Shown here: positions 10,350 through 20,594 of the stretch, in pieces
Layout of the letters: each line of letters begins with the position of its first letter
How positions within the stretch are numbered: the first letter of the stretch is position 1
From: Diplonema japonicum
Taxonomy: Eukaryota; Protista; Euglenozoa: Diplonemea
Direction of reading: 5' to 3'
DNA: 64,000 nt
NCBI GenBank assembly: GCA_964019335.1
Contig: OZ025684.1
Coordinates: 248,001 to 312,000, forward strand
Notes under the pieces: model-generated
The model's input: only the letters and a program-made list of their open reading frames with translations
Databases searched by the model: none
Told to the model about the DNA's origin: nothing
Position numbers and translations under genes: made by a program

Positions 10350-12368
10350 GAGCTCGTCCGGAAAAAAATGTCAACACTTGACCCTCCTATGCGGCAGAAA
10401 ACCCCCGTTAAATTTCTAAGTAAAAAAGTAGTCTGACACCACTTTGTGTGCAGAAATGCAGTCTAAGCTTGAACACCATATAGGTCAAAATGCTCGCCGT
10501 TTGTTTATTTTTAAAACGCACGTGCAAAAACATGTTTTTTAGAATGGTTTTTGACAAACGATTCAATTTGGAGGTTACAAATAACCCAGACTCCATTTTT
10601 TATTTTCGTTTTTCCGTGAAAAGCGACAGGAGGAATGGACGCAGATTGAAAATCTGTGAAACCTTTGGGGTCATTTTGGGTGGGCTGGACTCTAAATCAC
10701 TACCGGATTTGTATTTATATTGTTCAGTTTTAATAATGGTCTGGGGATTTAGTGTACTGTATAAATTAGTTGTACCTTTTTCGGATTTTGGACCCAACTT
10801 GGGACTTTTTACAGAACAATACAAAAAACTATTTTTATTATTTTTGGCCTGACCCCCCCAGGACAGGCCCCACTAAAATCAAAGCCACGTTTGTGGTGTA
10901 CAAGATCTACTTTTTGGTTTCCATTTTCAAAACAAGGTACGCGGACGCCCTGAAGGCCCAGATAAAGAAAGAGCGGAAAAGACACAGAAGAGAAGCCCTT
11001 CTTACTGCTGTTGGTCCGGCTTCTGTTCCCGTTAGTCCTGTTGCCGCGCCTGGAGCTTCTGTTGTTGCCGGTCCTGTGGTTTCTGTTGCCGGTCCTGTGG
11101 TTTCTGTTGCCGGTCCTGTGGTTTCTGTTGCCGGTCCCGTTGCTTCTGTTGCCAACCCCGTGGCCTCCCCTGCTGCCCCGACACCTTCACAGATTGCAAA
11201 ATCAGCAATGCTAGAGGTTGACAAAAGGACAAAGATTATGCGTCCTTTTGTTCTTGCCTGGGGTGTCGAGGCTTACCGCAAGCTAACAATCCGGGCAGGG
11301 TTCGCTTACCTTTTTAACGATCTCCCACCCGGGTCTGCATCCGTGACCCCGCCCACTGAGGACGTTCCTGCGCCCTCGCCCTCCGCCCCCGCCTTCCGAG
11401 GTCGAGCTGGTTCGAGAAGCTGCGTGCAGATGCAGGAGTTGACCCGATGGAGATTGATCCATTGGAGCCATTGGGACAGTCAGTCGACCCGGAACCAGCA
11501 CCCGAAGACCCGGACATTGAGATCACTGAGATGTTCAGCAGGCTGGGGGGTATTTTGTTTTTGTCTTGGGATTTTTTATTTTAGGGATATTTTCTGGGAT
11601 TCTTTTTATTTTTGTAATTTTTATGTTCTGTTTTAATGGTGTTCTGTAAATATTATGTACCTTTTTCGAATTTTTTGCCCAATTTGGGACTTTTCACATA
11701 ACAATATAAGTACAAATCCGGTATTAAAATGGGGTGGGGAGAACTTACCCTTAAAGTGCCATTTTTGCCTATTTAAGGCTAAAATCCCTTTAAAACCCCT
11801 TAAAAAAGCAAAATTTTCACTTTTAAAGTATTATGAGTGCAAAAGAAAAGGAAAAACCTCAGCAGATGGGTAGAGAATGAAAGTTTGACCCCAAAGATAC
11901 CAATGTCGAAGCTCTGCATGAGCAGGCAAGTGTTAAGATTTGGTTTTTCTGAAAAAGGTCAAAATTCCTTAGGATGTAAAAAACCGGGTTTTCAGGGGCT
12001 ATGCGGCGCCATATATTTTTCGCTAAGTACTTTTAACAGTAACCCGACCCTGGGTTGTACCCAGGGGTCACAAGTGCGCTTGAACACCAATTTTATGCAC
12101 CCTAGATGCTGCATTTTAAGCAATAAAATTGCATTTTAAACATTTTTCGCCGTTTTTCTGACCTCTATTTTTCGCTTCCCGGGGGCAGCCAGTTGCAAAG
12201 CCTGCCACCCTCATGGCAAAACAAGCATCGCAATTGAAAGAACGGCGTCATGTACATATATGTCATCTTCCTATGGTTGCATGCTGCCCTTTTTTTGCTC
12301 AAATAATCAAAACAAGAAATCTTCGGAAGTGCCCAAAAAAGTGTTGACATTTTCGTCCGGACGAGCTC
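10350..12368. mobile_element. 2.0-kb non-autonomous TIR DNA transposon (Sola-like termini)
   Basis: 28-bp TIR GAGCTCGTCCGGA(A/C)(A/G)AAAATGTCAACAC with 2 mismatches, ATAT flanks inside (TA)n. No recognisable transposase inside. GAG..CTC termini with a 4-bp TSD resemble the Sola superfamily; that assignment is inference. Confidence 0.85.
11064..11153 (+). repeat. 21-bp tandem repeat, about 4 copies (gttgccggtcctgtggtttct)
   Basis: Three perfect units plus one variant. In frame with ORF 10770-11636, encoding (VAGPVVS)n. Confidence 0.95.
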
Positions 12369-13140
12369 ATATATATATACCCGCTTTTGGAAATACACTC
12401 CCGTGGTCACGTGCGTCTCTTTTAGTTGTTTAATGTTTGATTGAGTTGCTTGTGTAGCAAATAATAATTTAAAAAAAAAAGAAAGTATCGGAGCCTGCAG
12501 TTCGTGACAGGATCGCCTAACAAAAAAAAAAAAAAAAAAAGTGAGTTATTAGTTACTTACTTTTTGAAGTTGTTTTCCCGGTGATTCGATCTTGGGTTTT
12601 ACAGTATTCATCACCCTCTTTTTTCCGTCCCTCCCCTTTTTCTTTCTTATCCTTTTTTCTCCCCCCCCCCCCCCCCCTCAAAGATTCTGCAACCACATTC
12701 TTGTTTCGCCTCACTGTATCGGGTGAAACAAATGAGGAACAAAAAAAAAAAAGGAACAAAAGAAAAAGGGTGGAAATGGAGCAAGGGGAAAATATAAAAA
12801 AAAAAAAAAAAAAAAAAAAAAGAATAGCTGTGAAACCACCTCCTTCAATGTAATGGGATAAGGGACGCTCCTTTTGAGGGCGATGCCGAGAGAATTTCCC
12901 TTTCGCTTGTGTCCCCCAGGTCGGAAAACGTTGATCCCAAAAAAAAAAAAAAAAATGCTGTAAAAAAAAGCAAAATAAAAATATAAGCGGTAAAGGAGGA
13001 GTAAAAAAAAAAAAAAAAAAAACACACATGTTAACTTATTTCCCCCCGCGGGAACGACACTTATGACCCCCCCCTACTCCCCCCCTTTTCTTTCAGGGCA
13101 TATTTCTTTTTTTTTTTTTTTTTTCTGCACAAAAGAAAGC

Positions 13141-13626
13141 CTACACATATTGAATATCGACGTCACCATCGTCCATTAGAATTGCAATAAAACGAGATTC
13201 GGTAGTCGAGGTAGAGTGGTGGGTCTCGGCAGGACTTGGTGGGGCAGCTGCGGAAGAAGCGACAGACTCATCATCCTCTTGCTGCAGCTCTGCTTGAGTG
13301 GACTTATCCGGTAAAGGGGGGCCCTCCTCTGAGAATGCCTGCCGCATCCATTCAGGAACCTTATCAAGCACGCAGGGTCCGTGCCGCGCTACGCGCTCCT
13401 CCAGACTCATTTTGTGCTGGAAAAGGTGCAGAAGCTCGCAGCTTTTCGCCTTGCACCCCTCCGCAGTCAGAAAGTCTTCACACCTTCTAAGGTCGCCCCT
13501 CATCTTCATCTGATACTGGCATTCCCTGCATCTCAGCGTCTTGAGCTCTTTGATAATGCGCACAATTTCCCACGAGTTGTGCTCATGTTGGTGAGCTAGC
13601 ACAGAGGGCGGCGTGTGGTGATGCAT
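13141..13626 (-). CDS. Small Cys/His zinc-finger protein (CxxC plus CCCH-like), 161 aa
   Basis: Likely start is ATG 13626; the upstream ORF extension is homopolymer-derived. HNSWEIVRIIKELKTLRCREC is followed by C-x8-C-x4-C-x3-H (CEDFLTAEGCKAKSCELLH) and an acidic/Ser-rich tail. Confidence 0.75.
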   Translation of the reverse strand: MHHHTPPSVLAHQHEHNSWEIVRIIKELKTLRCRECQYQMKMRGDLRRCEDFLTAEGCKAKSCELLHLFQHKMSLEERVARHGPCVLDKVPEWMRQAFSEEGPPLPDKSTQAELQQEDDESVASSAAAPPSPAETHHSTSTTESRFIAILMDDGDVDIQYV

Positions 13627-14098
13627 TTGGTTTATTTTTGCCCTTTTTTTTTTTTTTTTTTTTAGAAGGAAAAAAAAAGGGGGGGGGGAAAAGGGAAATA
13701 AAAAAAAAAATAGGAAGAAGAAGAAGAAGAAGAAGATGAAGAAACAACAAGAAGAAAGAACAAGAAGAAGAAAAAAAAAAAGAAAACTTCCGAAATACCG
13801 TAAAGTCGGGACTGACAAAAACCCCCCGTACGCCAAAAATAACTTGGATATGTCAGCCCGGGAGTTAAATAACTTCCGGTCTGGCAGACCTCCGGACGTG
13901 ACAAAGACTCGGGACATAATAGTCCAGGGGGATGTTTTTTCACTTTACAGTATTCCTTTTGTCAGAACTACAGGTGTGCGGTTATGTAACTTCCGGTTGT
14001 GGTATTTTCCCTCCTTTCTTTCTTTTTTTTTTTTTTTTTTTTTTTTTGTTTTTTTTATAGTTTTTGACCCCTTGCAGAAAGGGAGGCAAAAAAGAAAT

Positions 14099-14138
<40 letters not shown>

Positions 14139-14658
14139 AAGAAGATTTTCAGGAGAGGCAGAGAAACAAAATTTAAAGAAAAAAAGGGGGGGGGTCCACG
14201 GCAGCCGTTTGCCGGCTGTCAGTGATAAGTAAATCTTTTTGGGGAGAAAAGAAAAAGAAGAATGCTTAAAGGCAAAAACCCAACTTGAGGACAACCCCTG
14301 CGGGGTCTACCTTTGATGCTGCCAGGAGGTCACCCCGCTTCTTTACTTCTGTGTACTGCTCGCTTTCAAACGGTTTTTTGGTCGCACTCCTACAAAAAAA
14401 AGGGGGGAAGTGAATGAATAAGGGAGTGGAAACTCCCTTTTTTTTTCTTTTCTTTTTTTTTCTTTTCTTTCTTTTGGTTCAGCTACAGTGAATGTTTGCA
14501 GAACCAGGGGGGGGAAAAAAAAAGAAGAAAGAAGAAAAGAAGAAGAAAAAAAAAATCACCACCGTAAATCAACACAGTTAGGAAAAAAAAGATATTCCGA
14601 AAGATTTCAATTTAAGTTTGCACCCTTTCTATAGGTTAAAATGCACCAGCTGTTGCGA

Positions 14659-14728
14659 ATATATGAGTTAAGGAAGTCTTTGTGAGACGCCCCCTTGTTC
14701 TCATCTTCTACCTGCACCTATCCCCTTT
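14659..14728 (-). repeat. Isolated ~70-bp 3' end of the non-LTR element
   Basis: Near-identical to 8759-8828 and to the reverse complement of 20350-20409. Confidence 0.8.
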
Positions 14729-15197
14729 CAGCAGCGTAAGTAATGTATCCAAAAAAATCAGAGTTTCTTGATTTACAGTTCTTTTTTTTTCTTCTTCTTC
14801 CCTTCTTTTTTTTTTTGATGGATTGTTAAGTCTGTTGATTGGTTGTTATTTGTAAACTCATCAAAAGGAACCGAAATAAACAAAAAATAATGTTTTTTAT
14901 TACAATGAGAAAATTAGGGAGCCCACTAATCACGTCATTTGCCACCGGAAGAAGGAGGGTTCTTTTTTTTTTCTCTTTTTTTTTCCCTTCTTTCTTTCAT
15001 GACACCTTACTCATGTGGGCTGTTTCAGCATTTCCTAGATAATAAATATTTAATAGAGGAAGAGAGAATTTATGGGAGGGGGGAGGGTATGCCGCTTTAA
15101 AAAAAAAAAAAAGAAAAAAGAGAGAAGAGGAGACCTTCAGCCACATATCGCCACAGGGTAAAACCCTTGAGCGATCAGCCCCCCCTAATCAAATTAA

Positions 15198-17300
15198 CCA
15201 TTAAAGGACGGGGGTTTTTGGGCAAAAAAAAGGTCACCATCGACTTTTTTATTTTCTAAAATTAAAACATCCTCGAGCATGCAACCATAGAACGACGCTT
15301 GTGTAAAAGAAAATACATCACCCAGGAGGGACAAAAAACACCCCCAGACCCCCCCTCAAAGGCCCTGGGAAGTGAATAGAATAAGGAATTGAAGTGAAAT
15401 TTATTGTAAAACCCCACCCATAGGTTAGACACTTCCTTACTTTTTTCGCTTGGGCCTCGGAGTGCTAGGGGGGGTTTTGCTTTTGGGACTTGGCTCAGAT
15501 GACGACCTGGGGAGAAGGGTATGTGTTTGGAGACGCTGGTACCTTAGGCGTTTCTTCGGTGTGGCCGGGCCTCCAGAGGGGGTAGATTGGGGTGGGTAAA
15601 CCACTGGTTCGTGATAGTCCGCAAAGCAAGCTGGGCACAGATGCACGTTACAAGCCTTGCAGATGAAGATAGTTTGCACCCGGACCCCCAAAACACGCAT
15701 GTGGTGTGTGCATTGTCTTGCTGCATCCAGTTTTTTGGACCAGTGACCTTTGGTGAAGTCGCGCCTGGCATCTTCCCTCATCGCGAACCCGTTTTTGGGT
15801 CTGCCTGGGCCTACTTGCTTCTTCACTGGAGCAAGATTAGGTACATTCTGTCGGTTTTCTTCGGATTGTTACCACCATTGACTGGACTTTCCTCGGATTG
15901 TTTCCACCACAAACCCGATTCCCACATCTGTTGTACAAGGGTAACGCCAGTATAGAAGTTATCGATGCCGGGGTACAAGGGGAACGCTATCGATGCCGAG
16001 CCATCCACCAGGTGGACACGAATAGTGGCATCGACAAGTCACGTGGGGTGCGCTTTCAGACTGAGCACGACGTTCACTTCATGTCAAGCAAGACGCCATT
16101 GAAGGCACCGCAGGAGATACGGGAGAACGTTGTAAGAGCTTTCATTGTCGCGCTCGAGCTGCAGGACAAGAAGCTCGAAGTAGAGCTCCGCCGCCGAGAC
16201 ATTCTGGTTGCCATGTTGTCCTTTTTTGGCATCATAAGCATTGGTGCTTCTGCAGTGATCACGTGGTACGCCAATCCTGCACGCGAGTCAGGGCTCCCAA
16301 ACACCAGCACCCCCCTACAATGACCTTCACCAAATGGGAAGGTAATATGCCAAGTGCTGAGATACCTCACATCGGGGTCCACAGTGCTGTGTTTGATTGC
16401 TTTTTCACGCTTTTACAATGGTATTAGCACTGCGGACAGTAGATCGACAAGTTGAACACGACCCTGTGTCAGATCCTGTCCGGTGCACAGCCTCACCTGT
16501 CCTCTTTGCAGGCTGGAATACTCTGAAGCGATGCCTACCGTGTGACTTGATCATACTCTCATCAATGATCGATTCTCCGGGGGAATAGTGTTGCAGACAG
16601 GTAGGGGAGCAAGAATCTTATTTTTTGCAACCTGTCTGTCTCTTCACCCCTCCAAAATGCAACGACCGCTGTAAGCGCAAAAGCAGTAACGTTTCATTAC
16701 ACTTGCCAAAAAAAGGTGTGGCGAGGGCACAAATGGTCGGCCAGTAATCTTTTATGCCAGCCTTGCGGATGATGTCCATGAGCACCCACAAGGCCACAAA
16801 CTGATAGATATCGTCCACAGTGAAGTCAAAGTCAGGGTTGTGGTACTTGCAAACGGTGCAAAGAGATTTCACAAACCCCATTGAGATGAACAGCTTGGAA
16901 ATCCTTGATGCACTCATGTGGGAAAAGGGTGATTTCTGCCCCCCCCTGTGTCCTGTCACTTCTTACGCGTAACCTGCGTAATATCGCTCCCAGGGCATAT
17001 TTTCACTCTTCTCGTCACTACTGGCGCTAGGTGAGGTCCCATCGTCAGTGAGAATGTCCCCTTGGGCACTCCCGAACTCGTCTGAATCAGTACTGCTCAT
17101 CTGAGTTTTCGTGCCACCAAAAACTGGTTTCGAGGGTGTTTTTGGAGGTTAATCTAGGGGCCAAAAGTGATTTTAGATGGAAAAGAAATCGCGGAACTAG
17201 GTCATTCTGTGCAAGGGTAAGGGTCTATGGTACTTAAAATGCCTATACAAAAATTTTAATTTTTTGATCGCTAGATATCTAGCGCTTCGTCCTTTAATGG
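15198..17300 (-). mobile_element. piggyBac transposon with a degenerate transposase
   Basis: TTAA at 15194-15197 and 17301-17304, with perfect 13-bp TIRs CCATTAAAGGACG. Frameshifted transposase pieces: acidic N-terminus from ATG 17100; DIYQFVALWVLM..IKDYW..TPFF..LHF; IIDESMIKSHGR; IDNFYTG; C-terminal Cys-rich CKACNVHLCPACFADYH. Confidence 0.95.
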
Positions 17301-17829
17301 TTAAACGATTTTTCTTTTCTCATTTCTTTTTTCTGCAACATGCCCAAAGATGAGATGTAATAACTACAATGCTTAATTCTTAGCACAAATAAAAAGAAAC
17401 AAACAATCTCCACCCCAAAGAGATTTCTCTACCTTTCCCCTCTTAGTCCACGGCCAAACAAGAAAAAATATGTAGAATTCACAACGGATAGCAGCACTAG
17501 ATGACAGAGCTCTACCACATTCTTTTTTGCAGGGTTTTCTTTAGGGGGGTTAGGAGCTTGTCAGTCTCACGAGGAGGGAAGAAAAAAAAAGAAAGGTCTC
17601 CCCCCCCCCAAAAAAAAACTCGTTGTAAAAGCCCGCCATTTTTGTATTAAAAAAATGAAAACCCTTTGCAGAAACAAGGGCGCAGGACGAAACAAAGAGA
17701 AAAAGAATACAAACATGGGGGATTAAACCCTTCCGCAAGCCCATAGGTAGGCGGGTATGCATTGGTCGGTGCTCCACGTGGAGTCGGCGGGCTTAAGAGC
17801 GGGTTGCCCCTCACAATGTTCGAAAATAA

Positions 17830-19986
17830 TTATTGCGAGTCTTTCTTTTGCTGAAAGTTCGCAACCTCAAGTAAGGTCATAGGGGCCTGCCCTGGGAGGA
17901 TGGGCGACCGGGGTTGGGAAAGCTTTGAGTGCTTGCTTTCAATCCTACACAGCGCAGCTTTCCTAGTCGGCGTCACACTACGGTAGTTATCTTCTCCAGG
18001 GAACACTACAAAACCAGCGGTGACATGGCGCACAAAGGGGACAGGGAGCGAGAGAGAGGCAGCGGAGCGGGATAGACCATTCCCGTTCTCAAGGTTCACC
18101 AACAGAGAGCCCCGAGGGTTGTGCACTCTAGCGCCCCGTCGTGTAGGGCTGGTCGACGCCACCTGATGAAGGTCCTTCTCCGCAGCAACCACAACAGCAC
18201 ACCATCTCCTGGCTACATCGTCGTCAGGAAACACTCGGATATGTTCCTCGAGCTTTACCTTTGCTTGAGGATACTTACCTTCTCTCATAAACTTGAACCC
18301 TTCGTTAAAAAGGTCGTACTCCCTTGCACTGTGGCTGTGTCCGTCTATCACATACATCCATTCCTCGTTCTTCTCGCAACTTACAGGTCCTAATACCTGA
18401 TAAACAGGTTGTTCACCATGCAGCCCTCCGATGGCATCCACGAGCCGGAAGTTGAAGTCGTACTGCGTAGCCCGCATTGTGGCAAGATCGGCGACAATCC
18501 CGAGCGACATCGACATCGAGAGTTGCGACATTCTCTTGGCGGTAGCAGGTGGTACACCTGATATGAATGTTGATGTTAAAAGCTCGTTGCCTATGGAGCC
18601 GGATACAATGTCGCCCATTGCAACAGCGCAGGAAATGGGAACGTCCTCCTTCATTTTGAACGAGTTCACTGCTGAAATACACGCTGCGGTTGCTAACTGC
18701 GGTGCACTTGCGACAAAATTCCAAACACCCCATGTAGCCGTCATGTTTTCCGGTCCAAGCCTTTCTACAGTACCCTTGTGGAGGGTGATGGACGCCATGA
18801 CGATAGATGCGAATCCGTCAAACCTGGCCTGCATCGTGCTGAGCGGGAGGTTTAACGTGGTCTCTGCTTCGAGAACTACGACAACGCTCTTTGCTTTTTT
18901 GTACTCCTTTTTTAAAAGCTGGGAGGAGCCCCCTGCTTTGCATATGAACGATTTTGCCTTGTCGGAGAAGCTGTCGGTACCCGTGCGTTTAAGGTTCCCG
19001 CTGCTAGAAGCGTTTGATTTCTCCCCCGCAGACATTGACGATCCGGAAGCTTCTTCCTCCGCTGCGAACGTGTACGATTTCAAGGTGTTGAACGCGGTCA
19101 GCGAAACACGATTGTTTCGATTCAGCTTCCAATCGGTGTTTGTGGAATCGGCTGCTGTTTGGCAGTCTGTATCATTTGAAGCAAGCAGTGCCTGCGGGAG
19201 ATATGAACGCACTCCAGAGCACCACTTCAACACACCGTACAACGCACCTTGTGTTCTGTTGGATGCGATTTTAGACTCCAGTTTAACTCGAGCTTGGTCC
19301 AAGTCGAGGCTTATTACATTCAGCAGTACGTGTTCGATCAGGACTATGTCACTGTGCCCCAACGCCAGCTTCGCCAGGCAGAACAGCGACAGCAGTCTTG
19401 TAGCAAACGCCTCCATCGTGTTTTCAGTATGGGTACCGAACCCGTCAGGTTTTAATTCCTTCTCCCGGGGCAGTATAAACCCAAATTCATACATATCATC
19501 CACTGTTCTAACCGCAACGTAACAAACTACTATTGAAAAAGATAATCGTGCGTGCCACGATTCTGGATAGTCAAGCTGTGCCATCAGCGGGATGACAAGC
19601 GGCCATGTCTCGTAGTCTGTGTACCATGATGCCCTCCCCCAGTCTCGCACGCAAACGATGATTGAGAGACAGGAGAAGAAAGCGTCCTTTGGAATGGGTG
19701 TTTTGTGCAGTATAAGGTACCCCGCGCATTGGACAAGCATGATGCAGCATAATAGGAGTGTAGTGATGTCTGTGACCGAGCTGCTTCCTCTGTCGATGAC
19801 GCGGTACAGGCAGATGCCAAGCCACACGGCGCTGCAGCCAACCCCTGCCCCGGGTAGGGCTTGGTATATTTTTTGCGTTATGATGTCTTGCTTGCTTCCC
19901 CTCTCTTCTTCGACCATGAGAATCGTCGTCCGTCGGTTTGTGTGTCTCCGGGTAGAGGGGGCCGCCATAGGGTTGTCTAACTCCAT
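17830..19986 (-). CDS. Multi-TM receptor with degenerate class III cyclase domain, EWMY motif and TPR-like helix
   Basis: Likely start is MELDNP at 19986. About 5-6 hydrophobic segments, linker VRSYLPQALL, then a cyclase-like HKGTVERLGPENMTATW...AVAMGDIVSGSIG...FISG that lacks the catalytic Asp residues. NEEWMY and a TPR-like GFKFMREGKYPQAKVKLEEHIRVFPDD follow. Confidence 0.8.
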   Translation of the reverse strand: MELDNPMAAPSTRRHTNRRTTILMVEEERGSKQDIITQKIYQALPGAGVGCSAVWLGICLYRVIDRGSSSVTDITTLLLCCIMLVQCAGYLILHKTPIPKDAFFSCLSIIVCVRDWGRASWYTDYETWPLVIPLMAQLDYPESWHARLSFSIVVCYVAVRTVDDMYEFGFILPREKELKPDGFGTHTENTMEAFATRLLSLFCLAKLALGHSDIVLIEHVLLNVISLDLDQARVKLESKIASNRTQGALYGVLKWCSGVRSYLPQALLASNDTDCQTAADSTNTDWKLNRNNRVSLTAFNTLKSYTFAAEEEASGSSMSAGEKSNASSSGNLKRTGTDSFSDKAKSFICKAGGSSQLLKKEYKKAKSVVVVLEAETTLNLPLSTMQARFDGFASIVMASITLHKGTVERLGPENMTATWGVWNFVASAPQLATAACISAVNSFKMKEDVPISCAVAMGDIVSGSIGNELLTSTFISGVPPATAKRMSQLSMSMSLGIVADLATMRATQYDFNFRLVDAIGGLHGEQPVYQVLGPVSCEKNEEWMYVIDGHSHSAREYDLFNEGFKFMREGKYPQAKVKLEEHIRVFPDDDVARRWCAVVVAAEKDLHQVASTSPTRRGARVHNPRGSLLVNLENGNGLSRSAASLSLPVPFVRHVTAGFVVFPGEDNYRSVTPTRKAALCRIESKHSKLSQPRSPILPGQAPMTLLEVANFQQKKDSQ

Positions 19987-20212
19987 TGCACCCCCTTTTC
20001 CCTGTGGGTGTGGAAAGATAAATATAAAGGACGCCGTCAGAACGAGAGAAAAAAAAAAATTGAGTATCATAGCCTGCACGTTATACCGATACCAATCGGG
20101 TATTTCAATCGGTTCGGGTACTTAAATAGTGCAAAACTGGCCCGGGCACGCAGCCGCAGATGTCGAGATTGGGTCCAGAAATACGAAATATGACCATGAA
20201 CAAGGGTTACTA

Positions 20213-20420
20213 AACATATTGAAATGAAAATAAGTGCATTATTTAGTGGTGGCGGGTTTAACTCGAAATTATTACTGCACTCGCTTCGCTCGTAAGATCC
20301 TCGTTAAACCCTCTGCCACCACGCGTGAAATAATGCAATCTTATTTTCAGGTGCAGGTAGAAGATGAGAACAAGGGGGCGTCTCACAAAGACTTCCTTTA
20401 ACTCATATATTTTCATTTAA
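20213..20420. mobile_element. Palindromic MITE-like element interrupted by a 58-bp retro-insertion
   Basis: Inverted arms tgaaaataagtgcattattt..gtggtggc.gggtttaac / gttaaaccctctgccaccac..aaataatgcaatcttattttca. An uninterrupted relative lies at 43853-43970. Confidence 0.75.
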
Positions 20421-20594
20421 TAAAGAGTTATTATTATTATTATTATTATTATTTTTTTTTTTCTTTTGCTCGGCACAAAGTTGTCATTTAGTTTTAAAAA
20501 ATCACTCTTTCGAAAAGCCAATAAAATACTTGTTAACAACAAAAAAGAAAAGTTACTAGAAAAAGAAAAGGAACGATGACCCTGTAAAAGGACG

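Noticed and set aside
11064-11153. Regular short repeats as a possible CRISPR array
   Set aside because: They are contiguous 21-bp tandem units with no spacers, there are no cas genes, and the context is eukaryotic.
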